This document shows positions 39,800-51,378 of a DNA stretch of 64,000 nt, piece by piece. The notes beneath the pieces were generated by a model that was given only the letters and a program-made list of their open reading frames with translations, did not search any database and was not told where the DNA came from. A program made the position numbers and the translations under genes. The DNA lies in NCBI GenBank assembly GCA_964016885.1, contig OZ024742.1, positions 33,356,001 through 33,420,000 on the forward strand. Direction: 5' to 3'. This DNA is from Eledone cirrhosa. Lineage: Eukaryota. Numbering within the stretch: position 1 is the stretch's first letter; the number at the start of each line of letters is the position of its first letter.

Positions 39800-40645
39800 T
39801 AATAATAATGAAATTATTGTGTAAAGTGCTCAGGTGCGCTACAACTCATCAAAGGTGTATGTATAGTACATAGAATAATACACAAATGTCAGGGAAGTAC
39901 ATGTGTGTATGTGTTAGCTGTAGTGTTGGCGGATCTCGGAAAGCATGGAGGCCTTAAAGTATGCAGTGTCTCGACAGCCAACAACTGATGCAGGTAGTTT
40001 GTTCCATGGAGGCCTTAAAGTATGCAGTGTCTCGACAGCTAACAACTGATGCAGGTAGTTTGTTCCATGGAGGCCTTAAAGTATGCAGTGTCTCGACAGC
40101 CAACAACTGATGCAGGTAGTTTGTTCCATGGAGGCCTTAAAGTATGCAGTGTCTCGACAGCCAACAACTGATGCAGGTAGTTTGTTCCATGCTTCAGCAA
40201 CTCTGAGTGTGAAAAAATGTTTCCGAAAGTCATGGGAACTGTGCTGTTTTCTTACTTTATGAGCATGTCCACGTGTGTTAGACACATGGAAATCAAAAAG
40301 GTACTCAGGGTTGTTGTTGGCAACATGGTTAACAATTTTGTGGGTGTTTACCAAGTCAGTTTCCAGGCGTCGGAGCTTCAATGTATCCATGCCCAGGGAA
40401 GCAAGGCCAAGGTGCTCAGAGTATGGTAGATCCCTGATGGAGGGTATTCGCTTGGTTGCACATCTCTGAACAGTTTCCAGGCGGTCAATGTTCTGAACAA
40501 GATAGGGGTTCCAGACTGGTGATGCAAATTCTAAGTGTGGTCGCACCATAGCCATGTACAGCCTTAAATAGATATCTGGAGAGCGGCTGACAAAGGTCTT
40601 GCTGAGTGATGCTAAGACACCCTCGGCCCTCTTGACAATTTTAGA
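39800..40645 (-). mobile_element. CR1-clade LINE 3' fragment with an internal 61-bp unit repeated four times
   Basis: LYMAMVRPHLEFASPVWNPYL..IDRLETVQRCATK, TRGH, FFTLRVAEAWNKLP; (TTA)n tail; tandem 39944-40190. Confidence 0.88.
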
Positions 40646-41362
40646 TTCTAATTTCCAATCCAGCTTAGCCTTTTGAGGGTGTTGATATTTAAAATAAAGT
40701 ACCAATCAAATACTGGGGTTGATATATATTTATAATACATCTTAAATATGGATCAAGACTTTGAAAAACTGCAAATGGGTCAGGTGAGATGGTGAATTGA
40801 CGCAAAATCGTTAGTACTGAACACAATTATCATCATCATCCTCATTTTCATCATCATCATTTCACCTCCACTTTCCATGCTGGCATAGGTTAGATGGATT
40901 GTCAAGGTCTAAGACTAGACAAGTCAAGTGACTACATCACATGCATATGTTCCATTTTTGTGCATGCTTTCTACTGTTGGATGCCCTTCCTATTGTCAAT
41001 GATTTACAGAGTGTACTGAGTGAATTTTATTGTGATACCAGCAATGTTACTTTACAGTGTACTGGATGCATTTTATTATGGCACTAGCTCTTCCACTTAC
41101 AGAATGTACTGGGTGCTTCTTATAACATCAACATTATCACTTACCGAATTTACTGGGTGCATTTCATCATGGCACCAACACTACCATCTACAGTGTGCAC
41201 TGGGTGCATATTATTGGGGCACCAGCGCTACTACTTTACAAAGTGGATTAAGTGCATTTTATCATGTATACTGGATTCATTTTTTGTGGCACCAGCGCTA
41301 CCATGTACATAGTGTATTTGGTACATTTCATCATGACACCACTACTACCACTCTATAATGTC

Positions 41363-41541
41363 TAGCAGTATCGGTAGAGAGTCGGACGCCATGCTTTGCA
41401 GCATAGAGTTACGCCTCTTTATGGTCTTAGCTCAAATCCCACCGAGGTTAACTTTGCCTTTCATTCTTATGGGGTCGATAAAATAAAGTACCAGTAATGC
41501 ACTGGGGTAATTGCTGGCCTTGTGCCAAAAGTAGAAACAAA
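41363..41541 (+). mobile_element. Nin/Deu-like SINE
   Basis: Plus-strand copy of the 10170 family. Confidence 0.75.
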
Positions 41542-41787
41542 TATTTAGTTAAGGCCCTTTACATTCTGACTTCAAATCCAACTTTGTCTTTCTTCTGTCT
41601 GGCAGTATTGATAATTGATAAAAGAAAATACCAGTGATGAACATTCTACCTGTGTAAATGGCTGAGTATTCCACAGACACCTGTACCTTTAACATAATTT
41701 TCAGACTTAATCAGGCTTAATCAGTGTGATGCAATGTGATATGACTGGGCCTTTGAACTACAGACACTATCCATTTGACAAGCACAG

Positions 41788-41896
41788 TTTCTATCTGACC
41801 AATTTCTATCTGACCAGTTTCTATCTGACCAATTTCTATCTGACCAGTTTCTATCTGACCAATTTCTATCTGATCAGTTTCTATCTGACCAATTTC
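41788..41896. repeat. 15-bp tandem repeat, about 7 copies
   Basis: Unit TTTCTATCTGACCA(A/G). Confidence 0.9.
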
Positions 41897-42239
41897 AATC
41901 ATAGGTTTGTGTCAAGCTGAGGCTATGGTAAAAGACACTTGCTCAAGATGCCATGCAGTAAGATCAATCCCCAAATCAAAACCTTATGATTGCAAAGCAA
42001 AATTATTAACCACTCAGCCATATCTGTTACCACAATAATAACAATATAATAATTACTTTATAGTTATAAATATTATAGAACAATACAGTATAGTAACTGT
42101 CAATATGTATATGGTCAACTGGTTAAGGAGTTCACTTCTCTTTTGGGTTTGATTCCATTGTTGGCATCTTGTAAAAGTATCTTCTACTATAGTTTCATGT
42201 GATCCAAAACTTGTGAGTGAAATTGAGTGATGGAAACTC

Positions 42240-42835
42240 TGTAGAAGAGTTTAGTGGCCTGAATAAGAAGAGGGTGGGAAAAGTTCAGGGAACTATTACC
42301 TCTGCTGACAACAAAATGATTCTCTCTTTGAGAGAAGCATAGATTATATGATTTTTTTTTTGTACACAGCGCGATGTTTGCATGGTAGATGTTTGCATGG
42401 TAGATGTTTGCATGGTAGATGTTTGCATGGTAGATGTTTGCATGCAGAGGATGTACAAAGGCTGGAAAGAAGTGAGCATACTCTTCTGGACGTGTAATAT
42501 TAGTGTGAGTGAAAGACAAAAAAACAGATAAACTAAGAGAAAAAGTAGAGAAAAGAGGAATCAGATGTAGTCTGCAAGAGAGAAGACTGCATTGGTACAG
42601 GCATGCACGACATATACATGATGACAGTTAAGTAAAGAAGTACCAGGTAATGCAGGTGGAAGGAAGCTGCAAAAGAAGAAGACCAAGGAAAACTTGGTGA
42701 AAGTAGACCTCAGAATACATAACTTTACAAAGACAATGACAAAGGTATGCAACAAGTAGTGAGATCCTGTGGTACAGAAAATCAGGCCAAGCCATGCAAG
42801 AATATAAAAATGGATATAAAAATGATGATGATAGT
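42240..42835 (+). mobile_element. Highly decayed RTE 3' fragment containing a 15-bp tandem (GATGTTTGCATGGTA, about 5 copies, 42373-42444)
   Basis: GWEKFRELLPLLT remnant; (ATG)n tail near 42822. Confidence 0.6.
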
Positions 42836-43992
42836 AAAAATAATGTTGATGCAGACTTTGCTACATGAAGTGCAGGATATGTATTAATTTTTAATTTTCA
42901 TTCTTGATGGACAACCAGAGATGGACTTTGTAGTCACTTCATCTGCTCAATTTAGAAGATAAATCTTCCTGAAACATTTTATTTAGTGTTATTAGCAGTA
43001 AAAAGCAACCATTCCCAACCTGGAGTCTGTAAAGGCAGAGTGTGAGTGTCTGTGAGCTAAATTCGAATTTTCAAGCACTTTGTTATAAATATAGTATACT
43101 ATTGGATATCTATTCTTCTCTAAGTATAAATATTTCTCATAATTGATGGTTATTATCACTATATAACAATCTGGAAGAAAAGTAATTGTAGCAAAGGATG
43201 AGGAGAGGGCCTATGGAAAAATTAATTTAAGTAAAGAGGGCAGTTGGAGAGAAAATTTGGGGAACCACTGTTTTAATGTCTTCCTTCATAAATGCAAACC
43301 ACTTCTAAACAGATTTAGCCAACTCATTACCTGGTGTGAAAAATATTGTTAATCAACTTAGAGGAAAGTTATCTAAGAAAAGTCAATGAGATATTATTTT
43401 CTTATCTACTTAACACTTTACAAATCTGATGATAAACACTGTCTGCACAAGTCGAGAGTTCACACAAATATTTGAACTGACTTGAGTGGGTTGCTTTATT
43501 TCACTTTTGAAATATAATAGACTAATTTAGTTGTAGAAATATTTCAACATTTGACAATGTTATATTCTTATGGTTTTCTACTTTCTGTTAAATATCTCTA
43601 TTTATGATATACTACTTTATTCTTACTGTCTCACTTCTCTTCATTTGTGATTACAACATACAACAAAGACATATCAAGTGAAGGGAACCATTTTTATTTA
43701 TTTGCTGTAACTACAAAGTTTGCGAGGTTGTGACATTCTGTAGATACTACATCAAGCTGCACTGAAAGTTATAAAGTTATAAGGTAAATTTCAACTTCGT
43801 TTTCTAAAATTCAATGACATTATTTTACTAAATGAAGGAACAATATATTTATAAATTGTAAATAAGATGAAAACTAAACAGAACTTGAGTGTACATGTAT
43901 ATATTAGTAGTGCTGTATATAAACAGAAATAGAGAAAAAAGAATATACTGATCTGGATATATGTTACGAGTTTCATGTAAAAATACTCTTAA

Positions 43993-44205
43993 CATTTTCA
44001 TTACTCTATATTTACTATTGTATTTTCATGGTAAACACTTTATTTCACATAATTATCTCACATAATATCGAATCTACGAGATTTTGATGGTATTTATTTT
44101 GAGAACAATACCTTAACATAACTATAAGCAGCCGGTTACAGCCGGTTTGAACAGAAATAGATGAAAGAATTCTGGCCAGGTACGGCTGGTTTAAATGTTA
44201 AAGGG
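43993..44205. mobile_element. piggyBac-type MITE copy
   Basis: Same internal sequence; AAAGGG|TTAA at the right end. Confidence 0.8.
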
Positions 44206-44367
44206 TTAATCATGATCAAACATATAAATTTCAATACACTAAATTATCTTCAGACTGCTATTGGGATTTTTAGTTTGTTATTGTAATTGTTGTTCTTGTT
44301 GAACAATAGATACATCTGTCAGGCAGACAGACAGAAAAGTGGGTAGGCAGGTTGATAGATAACTAGA

Positions 44368-44660
44368 TATATTTCTTTATTTGCCACAAGGGCGCACAAG
44401 AAAAGGGGACAAAATAAAGACACATGCCAGGGATTTTACATACAATCGTGTAAAAATATTGAAACAAACAAATTAAACAATCGAAATCCCCAATAGCTTG
44501 TGCCATTCCAGGTGTTTCTTGTGGATTTTTGAATCAACAGTATTGTGTCTTCATCCGCCTCCAAGAACCCTGCCAGAATCCACCAAATGTTAATGTTGGG
44601 TGGTATGTTTGAAATGTTATTTTTTGTGTTCTTTTTCCCATGTATGTAGGGAAAAAGGTG
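44368..44660 (-). mobile_element. Tx1/L1-related internally deleted copy (ORF1 fragment fused to 3' UTR)
   Basis: NIPPNINIWWILAGFLEADEDT aligns with ORF1 TILPSMDIWWVLIGFLDLDDDT of the 45-51 kb element; TTTATTTGCCAC and AAATCC(C/T)CAATAG are shared with its 3' UTR. Confidence 0.75.
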
Positions 44661-44664
44661 AGAT

Positions 44665-44965
44665 AGTGGTCTTGTAGGAGTCATGACAAAAAGTGCCCAG
44701 CCCACACTGTAAAGTGGTTGTGTCACCGACACGACAAAAAGTGCCTAGTCCACACTGTAAAGTGGTTGTATCGCCGGCACAACAAAAAGTGCCTAGTCCA
44801 CACTGTAAAGTGGTCATGTTGCCAACACGAGAAAAAGTGCCTAGTCCACACTGTAAAGTGGTCATGTTGCTGACACAACAAAAAGTGCCGAGTTAAAGCT
44901 GTAAAGTGGTAGTGTAGGTGTCACGACAAAAAACACCTGCATACACTGTAAATGTGGTTGGCATA
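44665..44965 (+). repeat. Array of about six 48-bp RTE-UTR modules
   Basis: Unit CAAAAAGTGCCTAGTCCACACTGTAAAGTGGT plus ~16 variable nt; followed by an RTE-type tail near 45040-45090. Confidence 0.85.
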
Positions 44966-45559
44966 GAAACTAAGTCAAAATAAGCCCTGTGTGAATGAAA
45001 CATGGTTCTCTGACCTGATCTCTCTCAAAGGCAGAAGCTGTCCTATCCATGCTAGCGTGGAAAATGGATGTTAAATGATGATAATGACGATATAAGAGCA
45101 GATAAATATACATTTATGTAGAAAGATAGATAGATAGTCAGATAGATATATAGATAGATAAATAGATAAATAGATAAATAGATAACTTTCTTTTTATTTG
45201 CCACCAAGGCGTCAAAGAGTGGGACAAGTAAATGGGGGGAGTTTACATAAAAAGGCGTCCTCAATAAGGAGGAGGCAATAACAAAATATAAAAATATAAG
45301 ATATAAAATATAACAAAAATAAATTGAATAACAAAATCCTCAATAGGGAGGAGGCGCCTTGTGGGGTCACACACACCCCCGAAAAAGTGTGCAACCCTTC
45401 TCCTCAGGAGCACAGAGAGAGGGTGCTCCCTTGATCTTTCATCTTTCTCACCTACAGTCTGATGTAGAGTGAAGGCCCATTCACATGGGCCATTCTCGCC
45501 ACTTTCACCCATCTTTCATAAAAATGGCTGGGGTACAGCACCTCTCTCTCCATCCTGAT

Positions 45560-48500
45560 CCTTCTTCCGAAATGATATCGGAAGAAATGGACCAGTTGTT
45601 AGCCAGAGAGAAAGGTGTCTGACCTCAGTCCTTTCAGACGCGTCCACCATACAACCTCTTTCGCCATGGCTATTATGCACAGAAACACCGCCTCTCCTTC
45701 GTTTTTGAAGAGGGGAGGCGGCTTGATCGTTACAGTAGACTCGGTGGTCAACCGGATTGGTCCCACCTGTGACAGCAGTTGTTCGACATAGCCCCACAGA
45801 TCGGCAATGCCCGAGCACTGTACCAATGCGTGTGCAACAATTTCCTCGTTGCACCCGCATCTGGGACAGATCTTTTTTGAGGGGTCCCTACCCGGGCGCC
45901 CGTGTCTGTAGAGCCTTTCTCGAATTGGCAGAGCCCCTCAGTAGCACTGCCAGGCCAGGGACCTCTGGAAGTTATCTATAGGTCCCGGGCTGAATGTCCT
46001 ACCGAACAGGTTGGCCAGTTCGTTTTCCTCCATGCCTAGGGCTTCTCCGAGGGCGTCGTCGCACCTGCCAACCACCAGCCCTCTATAGAATAATGAGGCG
46101 GATTCTCCACCGACAGCTGGGTCCGCCTGCCAGAGAGCCGTGAACGCCTGGGCACAGTCGGTGTGCCAGGCGCCCAGTTTTCTCGGTCTTTGCTTGACCC
46201 ATGATTGCAGCTCGGTGAGCGAGCCAAGTCTGGGAAAGGCTCGCCTCACAAACGAGGCCCACACCAGTTGACTGGTGAGGAATACCTGGAGGTACCGCAG
46301 CCTTAATGCGTGTTTACGCATCATCAGCCACGGCATCCCCAGCCTTCTTTTCGAAGGGTGTTGACAGCAGATGGATCTCCTCACCATAGGAGCCCGCAAA
46401 GGAATTGGAAGAGTGCGCGCTCCATTTTGGCGAGCGTTTCCCTTAGGCAAGGCACGACGGTCAGGCGGTAGTAGATGACGGATGCTATATAAGTGTTCGC
46501 CACCTCCGCCCGACCTTTCAGGGACAGTTTGCACTCGGCCCACTTCTGGGTCAGTGCAAACACCCTGTTCGTTACCTCACCCCAGTTCTTCTCCACCTGG
46601 AGGTCTGGTCCGAACCAGACCCCGAGCAACTTCACCGGGCCCTCCATCCAGCACCCGACGACGCCATCGGAGGGCATCGATCTGCCCCTCCACGTGCCGA
46701 GTTGCAGACCAATCGATTTGTTCCGGTTCAGCTTAGCCCCTGTAAACCTTTCGTACTCCTCCAGTAAGGTGCCGATCGCCCCGATTTCCAAGGCCGTTGA
46801 CACCATTACTGTTACGTCATCGGCGTAGGCCGACACCGCTTTCCGCAATCCCGGTTCCAACGGGATGCCCTGCAACAACTCCAACTTCCGCAGCAGTGGC
46901 TCTAGAGTCATTACATACAGAAGGGAGGATAGAGGGCACCCCTGTCAGATGGACCGCGCGATTTCGAACGGCTCTGAGAGGTAGCCGTTCACCTTGACCC
47001 TAGAGCAGATGCGGCTGCTGTGCATGGCATTGATCCAGCCCCTGAAAACGGGTCCAAAGCCTACCGCCACTAGCACCGCATCCAGGTAACCATGGTCGAC
47101 CCTATCGAACGCCTTAGATTGATCCAAGTTGATCAGGGCCCCACCAAAGCCGGGTTCGTTCCCAACCCTCTCTATGATGTTTCACATGAGGTGGAGGTTA
47201 TCGTGGATGGACCTGGACGGGATAGCACATGTCTGCGCATCTCCCACCAGGTTGCCCACAACAAGCACCAACCTCTTTGCTAGCACCTTGGCCAAAATCT
47301 GTAACTCTGTATTTAGCAGAGTTATGGGCCTGAAATTATTTATATCGTCCCCCTTGTTCTCGTCCTTCCTCACTAGCGTGACTACGCCCTTGGTCACAGC
47401 ACAGGGAATTCTCCCGTTCTGTTGCCAGTTGCAGTAGACCGCTTCAAGGAGATCGAGGAACAAGTCCAACAGAGCTAGATATAGTTCGTATGGAAGACCA
47501 TCGAGACCCGGGGATTTGTGTTTGCCGCATTGGCTCAGCATGTCTCTATCTCAGTGGCTGAAATCGGCTCCTCGCAGGACTCCGCCTCCTTGTTCAAGAG
47601 ACGCGGCAGGCCATCGAGGTATGGACTGAAGACCACTTCCTCAACCGGCTCCCCTGCCTCTTCCGAACAATCTGGCAAAGTGCTTTTGAAAAGCCTCGCA
47701 CATCTGTTTAGGTTCAAGGATCACCCATCCATCCTGGTCTCGCAAAGACCGGATAGTGGATCTAGTCCCTCTTTTGGCCTCTGTCATGCGGGCCCAGCTA
47801 ACAGCTTTGGTCCCCTCATTTCCCAAAGCACGTATTTTGCTTCGGACGATGCAGCCTTCGTGTTTTGCGTCGAAGAACTGGCCCAGGGCTGTTCTCGATG
47901 CTAGCACGCTGGCCATGTCGCCGCTTCTAATTGCCTCTTCTACACTATCTACCAACTCCCTTTCCTTCCTATTTCTATTTGAGGCTAACTCCTTACTAAA
48001 TTCTATAGAGACTACTCTAATCTCTCTTTTGAGAGATCCCCACCACCTGTTGTTGACGATGGCGCCCGTCAACCGTTCCTTAACTAAAGTGCTAATCCGG
48101 TCCCTGTAAGCTTTACTTGCCAGTAAGGACAAGTTGAGCTTCCAGTAACCGCGTCACTGTCTATGCGTTCTTTCAAGGTTGACCATGCAGGTCACTAACT
48201 TGTGGTCTGAATAGCCAACCATGAGCATTTTTGGACAACTTAAAATATCCTTATCCTTATTTCTAACTAAGAACCTATCTAGGTACAACCTAGATCATCC
48301 ACTGCGGTTTGCGCAAGTCCAGGTTGGCGCAGTCGGAAAATCTAGTCGATATCTATCGGCCAGGTCAAATCGGCCGATAAACCCTTTGAGGCTGTTACAC
48401 CCCTCTCTATCGAGACAGGCCCCTACGTAGTCCCAACGTGCATCTAAGATACCATTCCAGTCCCCCACTAATAGCAAGGAGCGGGACGTCCCTAGAAAAG

Positions 48501-48875
48501 TCTCCAGACGATGGAAGAAGTCCGGCCGCGTTGACACGAAAGGGCCATAGACGGCTACCAGCCTAAACGCTCCGCCTTCACCACTGCCAAGGTCCAGATC
48601 ACTAGTCGACCCTCCGGGTACAAATGTACCATCTGTGTTGTGAGACCCAGATGTTTTTGCAGCAGAACGACAACCCCACCCCCACCTCCGGGCTGACAGA
48701 GAGATGCGTGCATCTCAAAGTCATCAAAGGTGGGGGCCAGCTGTCGCACGTTGCTGATCCGGGCCTCACAAATAACCATCACATCTATACGTTGTGACCT
48801 GAGGTCATTTAGAAGCATTGCTTGCTTCCAAGTTGAGCCCAGGCCACGCACATTTAGACAGCCTACTCTTAGCAT
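45560..48875 (-). pseudogene. Tx1/L1 ORF2 (APE endonuclease, RT, C-terminal Cys motif), frameshifted
   Basis: MLRVGCLNVRGL, GDWN, SDH, KSPGLDGLPYE, NFRPITLLN, DQSKAFDRVDH, QGCPLS, AYADDV, LLGVWF; many frameshifts and small deletions. Confidence 0.9.
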
Positions 48876-48905
48876 AGCTATGTTGGTGGTGAAGAGAAAA
48901 GGCAC

Positions 48906-50612
48906 TTACCTCTCTGCGTCCCGGGTATCGGGCTGCACAATTTCCATGAGGGTGGGGGATGGGTTGTTGGGTGGTGTGGTGGTTTGTGGAAGTGTAGGGG
49001 CATCAGTGTGTTGTGTGGTTGGGGTGTTTGGAGTTGTGTGGGTATTTGCGGAGGGGGTGGGGAAATGTTTTAGGAGGACGCGGTTAATGGGCCCGACGCA
49101 GGGAGGGGGGGGGGGCACGTCCTCTTTAAAGTTGTTTTTTAGCATTTTGTATGTGTTCTCTGGGGCCTTAATCATTTTGAGGTGGGGGAAATCCCCTGCC
49201 TGGGTGAAGTTAGGCCCTTGGGTTTTTACTAAATTGTTGTTGTACACAATGTTTAGCAGTTTTTTATTTCTTGTGTTTATGTATGTGTATGCATGTTTTT
49301 GTTTTTGTGTGGTGTTTTTTGTTTGCTGTTGTTGTGTGCTCTTTTGTGTTGGTGTCTGTGTTATGTTTTGGGAAGGGGTTGTTTTCATTTGTGTGTCTGA
49401 GGTGTGTTTTCTTTTTTTTCTTTTGATTGTGTGGAAGTGCTCCTCCTTGTCTGACGACGAACGAGGGTCATCTTCCGTGTTGGAGGGGAGGGGTAGATTT
49501 TCGGGTTGTGTTTGCGGTGCAGGTGTTTTGGAAATTGTTTTTTCTTGAGTGGGGGGGATGGGTTGGACAGTGTTTTGTTTTGGTTTGAGCTGTGGTTGTT
49601 GTTTTTGTAGTGGTGGTTGTGGTGATTGTGTTGATTGTGCAGATGTTGGTGGTGGGGTTTTATTTTTAAGTTGAGGACAGACAGCCCTCAGGTGACCTCT
49701 GGCTCCACAGAGGTAACACGAGGGCCGCCTACCCTCCACGGTAATGTTAATAAAAGTTTGATCATCCAGTATGACGTGTTCAGGGATCTGGGCGATCCTT
49801 TCGGACCTCATTTGAACTACAAGTTCGAGGGCCATTCCACTGAACGCGTCACCCAATGCCTTTCCCATGGATATTAATGTGTCATCGTCTAGGTCCAGGA
49901 AACCTATCAATACCCACCATATGTCCATACTCGGAAGGATGGTGTGAATTTTTATTTTTTGTGTCCTTCTACCCATGTACATAGGGTAGAAGGTGTATGC
50001 GGTGGATGTGATCGGTTTTATTGACAGTTTTGCTGCCGTGTCCCTGTCATTCATGAGAATGGATAGACTCCCGTAGAGTCTATCCTTCTGAATGAATATG
50101 ATGTCTTTCGTGACATCTTTTAAAACCAACTCTATCTCACTCTGTGATGGTTGAGCTGGTTTTTTGCTTTTGTTTGAGACTGTCCTAAACATGACAGTGT
50201 TTAGGAGTCTCTGGCTTTTTAGTTCCGGGGGGGGGGGGGGGGTGGATTGAAAATGATCCATCTTCCCCGTACACTACGTATTTTTTGGCATCTGCCAGTA
50301 GCTCCTTAGCTTTGCTTATATCTACTGGCAGATAGTCGAGGGTTTTCCTTGCAGTCTGGGCGAAGGAAACCTTTTCCTTGTTTGTGTTGCTGTTGTTGTT
50401 GGTGGTGTTGTTGTTATTTTTGTGCCTTTATTGTTGTTGTTGTTGTTGTTGTTGCTTTCAGTTTCTTGTATAGTTGTGGCTACATCAAGTTGCCGGTCAG
50501 TAGGTGGCTGACCTCTGCCTTTGGCATCTGCTGCTGTGCCAGTGGAAGGGGGAAGCTGTGAGTTTAGCTTCCCTTTTCTTTCTTTGAATGTTGGTGAAGA
50601 TGCTTCAGCCAT
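48906..50612 (-). pseudogene. Tx1/L1 ORF1 (gag-like, CCHC knuckle) with two homopolymer frameshifts
   Basis: ATG 50612; KVSFAQTARKT..KAKELLADAKKY frame links the two track ORFs if an A-run (~50420) and the G16 run (50227-50242) are corrected; CYLCGARGHLRAVC zinc knuckle; TAA 48906-48908. Confidence 0.8.
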
Positions 50613-51160
50613 TTTTATCAAAGTAGGAAATTTTTCGAAAGATAACATTTTTTTTTTCACCACTATTTCGCCTAAAGGCGTAGAATAGTTTGAGAGACTG
50701 ACCAGATCAAAATTTGACCTGGCAGTCCCTCTACAAAATGGTACAAAAATTAAAGTTTACAGTTAGGAATTTCTATGGAAATTTAGGCAGAACTTACCCA
50801 GCAAGTTTCACGCGTGTGTCCATCCCAGATCGATAAATAGATAGATAGATAGATAGATACGTAGATGTCATTCTAAGATAGATAGAAAGCTAAAGGTGGC
50901 AGCAGTTCACCACTGACTGACCTGTTTGTCAGCACTGTGAAAGAGGTTAAGTTAATCTTTCCCAAGCTTGGAGGCTCATCAGTTTCGTTGGCATTAAGCA
51001 GCTGAGAGTATGAGACTTCTCCCTTAATAGGATGCCACTCTATCACAGTGGTATTAGTGGTACTAGTTTGAGCTGAGTCTACTGGAGGAACGGAAAATGA
51101 AGTGAATTGCTCAAGAACACAACACATCACCTGGTTCAGGAAAAGAACCCACAACATTAA

Positions 51161-51378
51161 CCCTGTAGCATTTAAACCGGCCATATCTGGCCAGAATTCT
51201 CTCACTTCTTTCTGTTCAAACCAGCCATAACCAGCTGCTCATACTAATGCTAGAGCATTTTTCTCAAAATAAATAATATCAAAATCTCATAGATTTGATA
51301 TTATGTGAGATATTATGTAAGGTAAAGCCTTTACTGTGAAAATACAATAGTATATATAGAGTAATGTAAAGGCTAAGT
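51161..51378. mobile_element. piggyBac-type MITE copy inserted in a minus-strand SINE head (SINE ~50890-51400)
   Basis: TTAA|CCCTGTAGCATTTAAAC; tRNA-head sequence resumes after the MITE. Confidence 0.7.

Larger units (their letters stand above)
45186..50827 (-). mobile_element. Near full-length Tx1/L1-clade LINE inserted in a GATA/TAGA microsatellite
   Basis: Two-ORF architecture, AATAAA plus short A-rich tail at ~45186-45198, GATAAATAGATA on both flanks (45173-45184 and 50832-50843). Confidence 0.9.

Noticed and set aside
44665-44965. CRISPR-like array (conserved repeat with variable part)
   Set aside because: Variable parts are ~16 nt and mutually homologous, there are no cas genes, the context is eukaryotic, and the unit is an RTE UTR module
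48878-48909. 32-nt GTAAGT...TAG mini-intron between ORF1 and ORF2
   Set aside because: Too short for a typical metazoan intron, and its removal would put ORF2 out of frame; the sites are treated separately in the findings
48730-49548. 272-aa antisense ORF in the Tx1 element
   Set aside because: Mirror of the A/C-rich ORF1 strand, which lacks reverse-strand stops; no recognisable domain
50873-51205. 110-aa ORF resembling a secreted protein
   Set aside because: Assembled from a MITE end and a SINE body (CORE plus Meta/V-like domain)
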